Positions 61,901-64,000 of a stretch of DNA of 64,000 bases are shown here, piece by piece. Position numbers and translations under genes: made by a program. Under the pieces are notes generated by a model. The model saw only the letters and a program-made list of their open reading frames with translations, did no database searches and was not told the DNA's origin. Position 1 is the first letter of the stretch. Each line of letters begins with the position of its first letter. This DNA comes from an uncultured Bacteroidota bacterium. GTDB taxonomy: Bacteria > Bacteroidota > Bacteroidia > Chitinophagales > Chitinophagaceae. The stretch is taken from NCBI GenBank assembly GCA_963796995.1, contig CAWCNR010000003.1:92171-156170 (forward strand). The letters run 5' to 3'.

Positions 61901-62645
61901 ACCAACGTTCAATTTTGGAGCTTTCCAATCTCTTTGCATTGGTGCAACAGTTCCTGTATTGGCTGATACATCTGCAAATGGCATTGCGGGTACATGGAGT
62001 CCGGCTGTTGTCGAGAATGCGACAAACGGCACATATATCTTTACACCTGATGCTGGACAATGCGCAGATACCACCTCTTTTAAATTAGAAGTAAATGCAG
62101 TACCAACGGTGGGTGTACGAACAGATACCACGGTATATGATGGAGATTTTCTGCCTGCATTTAATTTTATTACCAGCCCGGGTGCTACAATCAATTGGAC
62201 AAACTCAGATCCATCTATTGGCTTGCAGGGTTCAGGCATAAACAGTGTTCCTTCATTTACCGCTACAAATATGAGCAACCAGGCGGTAACCGCCACTATT
62301 ACTGCAACACCTGTGATAGGAGGATGTACCGGCTTAACACAGAGTTATGTAATTAAAGTGCTCCCGCTAAACAAAGATGTGTTTGTACCAAATGTTTTCA
62401 CACCAAATGGTGATGGTAAGAATGACCTGGTGTTTGTATACGGCAACTACATCACTAAAGTTGATATGCACATTTTTAATCAGTGGGGTCAACAGATTGC
62501 AACCATCACTAACAAAACACAAGGCTGGGATGGAAAATATAAAGGAACACCTCAACCGGTTGGTGTATATGTATATATATTAAAAGCAGAATTATCCGAC
62601 GGGCGAACTATCAACATGAAAGGCTCAATAACCCTATTACGATAG
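58989..62645 (+). CDS. T9SS type-B sorting domain cargo protein with tandem Ig-like repeats
   Basis: Signal peptide. Eleven ~69 aa repeats. C-terminal gliding-motility/CHU_C-type domain (..VFVPNVFTPNGDGKNDLVFV..GWDGKYKG..QPVGVYVY..). Confidence 0.8.
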   Translation: MKSKPISFIGTILLILFCHYTRAQSIGANASAVWITDCSQSAFLNTTGSIGSSNLPSDLGVYTQNSGSLILSGAQVNTFKNPASSNVCSVRMYYNIHLQSNPAGSFTSVDLPLLEGCNGSNQYPSDGSACSLGDQRWQNFFSDIDLTARAPGNYVLEIYYEISGSNTTINLCDETVTQNNGGANYKTNFTIQSPNLSSTNPSSCFGNEGSITIGGLAPGATYLLSYTGNGVAIGPASFTANGSGQIIITGLKKGFYSDFVLQINNCETNLFTGIILSDPIFIPKFNPIPPFCAGTPAPALPTTSNNGIAGTWNPATIDNQNSGSYTFTPNANQCGASVTINVTVNPRTTPTFSFGTSLSICAGGTVPTLPPTSQNGIPGTWSPSTVDNQNSGTYTFTPNAGQCANPTTFNVTVTPNITPTFSFGTSLSICAGQAVPTLPATSDNGITGSWSPSTVDDQNSGTYTFTPGAGQCATATTFDVTVNPNITPTFNFGTSLSVCSGASVPTLPTTSQNGIAGTWSPSTVDNLVSGTYIFTPDAGQCATSTSFDVTINPNITPTFTFGTNLSICTNGAVPILPTTSTNGITGLWTPSVVDNQNSNSYLFVPTAGQCATTATFNVTVNPNITPTFSFGTSLSICNGGTVPTLPATSSNGIIGTWSPSAVDNQNSGTYTFTPMGAQCATTATFDVTVNPIITPTFSFGSTLSICAGGSVPTLPITSQNGITGTWSPSIVDNQNSNIYEFTPDAGQCAMTTSFSVTVAPNITPAFSFGTSLSICAGGSVPSSPATSDNGITGTWSPSSIDNQTSATYTFTPDAGQCATIASLAVTVNPNVTPTFSFGSTLTICAGGTVPALPTTSDNGITGTWSPAAVDNQNSDTYTFNPDAGQCVTGSITFSVTVTPNVIPTFTLGDTLTICNGATVPVLPTTSDNSLTGTWNPAIVSNATSGTYIFNSNSVSCVVPDTFTVIVNPIIKPTFNFGAFQSLCIGATVPVLADTSANGIAGTWSPAVVENATNGTYIFTPDAGQCADTTSFKLEVNAVPTVGVRTDTTVYDGDFLPAFNFITSPGATINWTNSDPSIGLQGSGINSVPSFTATNMSNQAVTATITATPVIGGCTGLTQSYVIKVLPLNKDVFVPNVFTPNGDGKNDLVFVYGNYITKVDMHIFNQWGQQIATITNKTQGWDGKYKGTPQPVGVYVYILKAELSDGRTINMKGSITLLR
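59835..62105 (+). repeat. 11 tandem ~207-210 nt coding repeats
   Basis: Unit consensus: TPTFSFGTSLSICAGGTVPTLPTTSxNGITGTWSPSxVDNQNSGTYTFTPDAGQCATxTxFxVTVNPNI. Confidence 0.85.
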
Positions 62646-62707
62646 AAATAAATTATTAATGATCCGTACCCTATAATGAAAACAAACTGTCAAATGTTCT
62701 GTATAAA

Positions 62708-63733
62708 ATGAAAAATAAACCTACATATCGTGCCGGGTGGATAACAACTTGTTTGTTGCTGCTGATTACCATCAGAACAGTGGCACAAACTGATCCGCAC
62801 TTTACACAAAATTATACTTTCCCCATGTACATCAACCCTGCGCTAACAGGCAGCAGCGATGGCGAATACAGGGCTTCTGCTATTTATCGTAGCCAGTGGG
62901 GAAGCATATCTGATCCATACCGCACTATGGGAATATCATTTGACACACGTACCAATAATAATATAGCACTTGGAATAAATTTACTCGATCAATCAGCCGG
63001 CGACGCAGGCTATAATTATTTGAGCACTTATGCTTCGGTCGCATACACCGGGGTAAAATTTGGTAAAGAAAATACCCAACACATTGTATTGGCCATACAA
63101 GGCGGCATCATTAACCGGCATGTAAACGAATCAAAATTCAAATGGGGTGAACAATGGAACCCCATCACCGGATACAATGCTTCGAACCCGACTACGGAAA
63201 CTTTCGCAAAAACATCTGCGACAACTTTGGATATTGGGGCAGGTGCTTTGTATTATGATGCAACACCTGATAAAAAAACAAATGCATTTGGTGGCTTTTC
63301 CGTTTTTCATATCAATAAACCAAAAGACCCGATCGTATCTGCACAAAGCACTGAATTGAATACGATACCTGTGCGTTTTGTCTTACACGGAGGACTGAGT
63401 TTTAATCTGTCTGAACGTGCCAGCATTATTCCGCATGTCTTATACATGCGCCAGGGCAACGCAAGCGAAACAATGTTCGGGACCTATGCACAATTAAATG
63501 TAAATGCTGAAACGGATGTGATGATCGGGGGATATTATCGTTTCAAAGATGCAGTGGCACCATTTTTCGGATTCGACTATAAAGATTTCGTCGTGGGATT
63601 TAGTTATGACATAAATACATCCAAATTAGGCGCCACGAGCAGAAACGTAAACAGTTTTGAATTGAGCCTTTCCTATGTTAAACGCACAGGTACAAAAAGC
63701 ATTCTTGATTTTGTTCGTTGTGCAAGATTATAA
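62708..63733 (+). CDS. PorP/SprF family T9SS outer-membrane protein
   Basis: ..AQTDPHFTQNYTFPMYINPALTG.. N-terminal signature. 341 aa beta-barrel. Immediately downstream of the type-B cargo gene. Confidence 0.8.
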   Translation: MKNKPTYRAGWITTCLLLLITIRTVAQTDPHFTQNYTFPMYINPALTGSSDGEYRASAIYRSQWGSISDPYRTMGISFDTRTNNNIALGINLLDQSAGDAGYNYLSTYASVAYTGVKFGKENTQHIVLAIQGGIINRHVNESKFKWGEQWNPITGYNASNPTTETFAKTSATTLDIGAGALYYDATPDKKTNAFGGFSVFHINKPKDPIVSAQSTELNTIPVRFVLHGGLSFNLSERASIIPHVLYMRQGNASETMFGTYAQLNVNAETDVMIGGYYRFKDAVAPFFGFDYKDFVVGFSYDINTSKLGATSRNVNSFELSLSYVKRTGTKSILDFVRCARL

Positions 63734-63795
63734 TTTGAATTAAAATGAATATTTCATTCTGTATACAAAAAAAATTGTCAGCTTTCAAAAAGAAC

Positions 63796-64000
63796 ATGAA
63801 AGTACCCGGTAAATTTTTGCTGGTGGTAATGATATGCACCGGTTGCCTGCAATCGCAGGGACAAAAAAACAAAAGCACAATACAATTAGCGGATGAATAT
63901 TTTGCAGCAGGCGAATATTATACCGCAGCGAACTTATATGGTCAATTTTTGAATCCTTCCAAAAAACAAAAATCGACAAGCGAATTTCCTTTGAACATTA
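63796..64000 (+). CDS. partial CDS (5' end): lipoprotein, possibly the OmpA/TPR-type third gene of T9SS type-B loci
   Basis: ATG at 63796 (or in-frame at 63745), MKVPGKFLLVVMICTGCLQ.. lipobox. The frame is open to the end of the window. Confidence 0.35.
   Translation, partial: MKVPGKFLLVVMICTGCLQSQGQKNKSTIQLADEYFAAGEYYTAANLYGQFLNPSKKQKSTSEFPLNI

Noticed and set aside
59753-62296. Series of minus-strand ORFs (59753..59944, 60581..60772, 60788..60979, 61202..61600, 61601..61825, 61826..62296) with repeating MST..GLHVPVIPL.. peptides
   Set aside because: They are antisense shadows of the tandem repeat array in the 1218 aa plus-strand gene. The periodicity simply mirrors the sense repeats.
1-64000. 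tRNA, rRNA and tmRNA genes
   Set aside because: A visual scan for T-loop (GGTTCGAATCC-like) and other RNA gene signatures found nothing convincing.

Overview
This is a 64 kb chromosomal segment from a Bacteroidota organism that looks Chitinophagaceae- or Sphingobacteriia-like. The supporting signs are a fused SecDF, a long NusB, TAnnTTTG-type -7 promoter boxes, a T9SS type-B cargo gene next to PorP/SprF, and TolC-MFP-RND gene order. Most of the window is ordinary housekeeping: nusB, yajC, coaE, secDF, rplT/rpmI, recF, folP, speA, lepB, pdhB, cdd, ogt and lgt. I found no rRNA, tRNA or CRISPR by eye.

The region that stands out is an AT-richer island of about 9.1 kb (35126..44259), bounded by two copies of a ~52 nt direct repeat. 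It is one co-directional minus-strand gene array. In order it encodes:
- a J-domain-like protein with no HPD motif
- a zinc-ribbon/glycine-zipper membrane protein
- a membrane-anchored GrpE-like protein
- a non-canonical Hsp70
- a 128 aa unknown protein
- a Hanks-type Ser/Thr kinase
- an AAA+ ATPase
- a small membrane protein

I regard this as a candidate uncharacterised chaperone/kinase/ATPase conflict-type module. It appears to be inactivated. The Hsp70 carries at least ten frameshifts or stops, the GrpE-like gene and the kinase are frameshifted, and an IS3-family element sits between the kinase and the AAA+ gene. A Fic-family gene preceded by a cluster of palindromic repeats lies next to the island.

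Outside the island, an rpoD-like sigma factor (3 shifts), an Hsp20 gene and a ypdA-like gene are also frameshifted. From sequence alone I cannot tell whether these are real decay or indel errors.

The 3' end of the window holds a 1218 aa T9SS cargo protein with 11 tandem Ig-like repeats.
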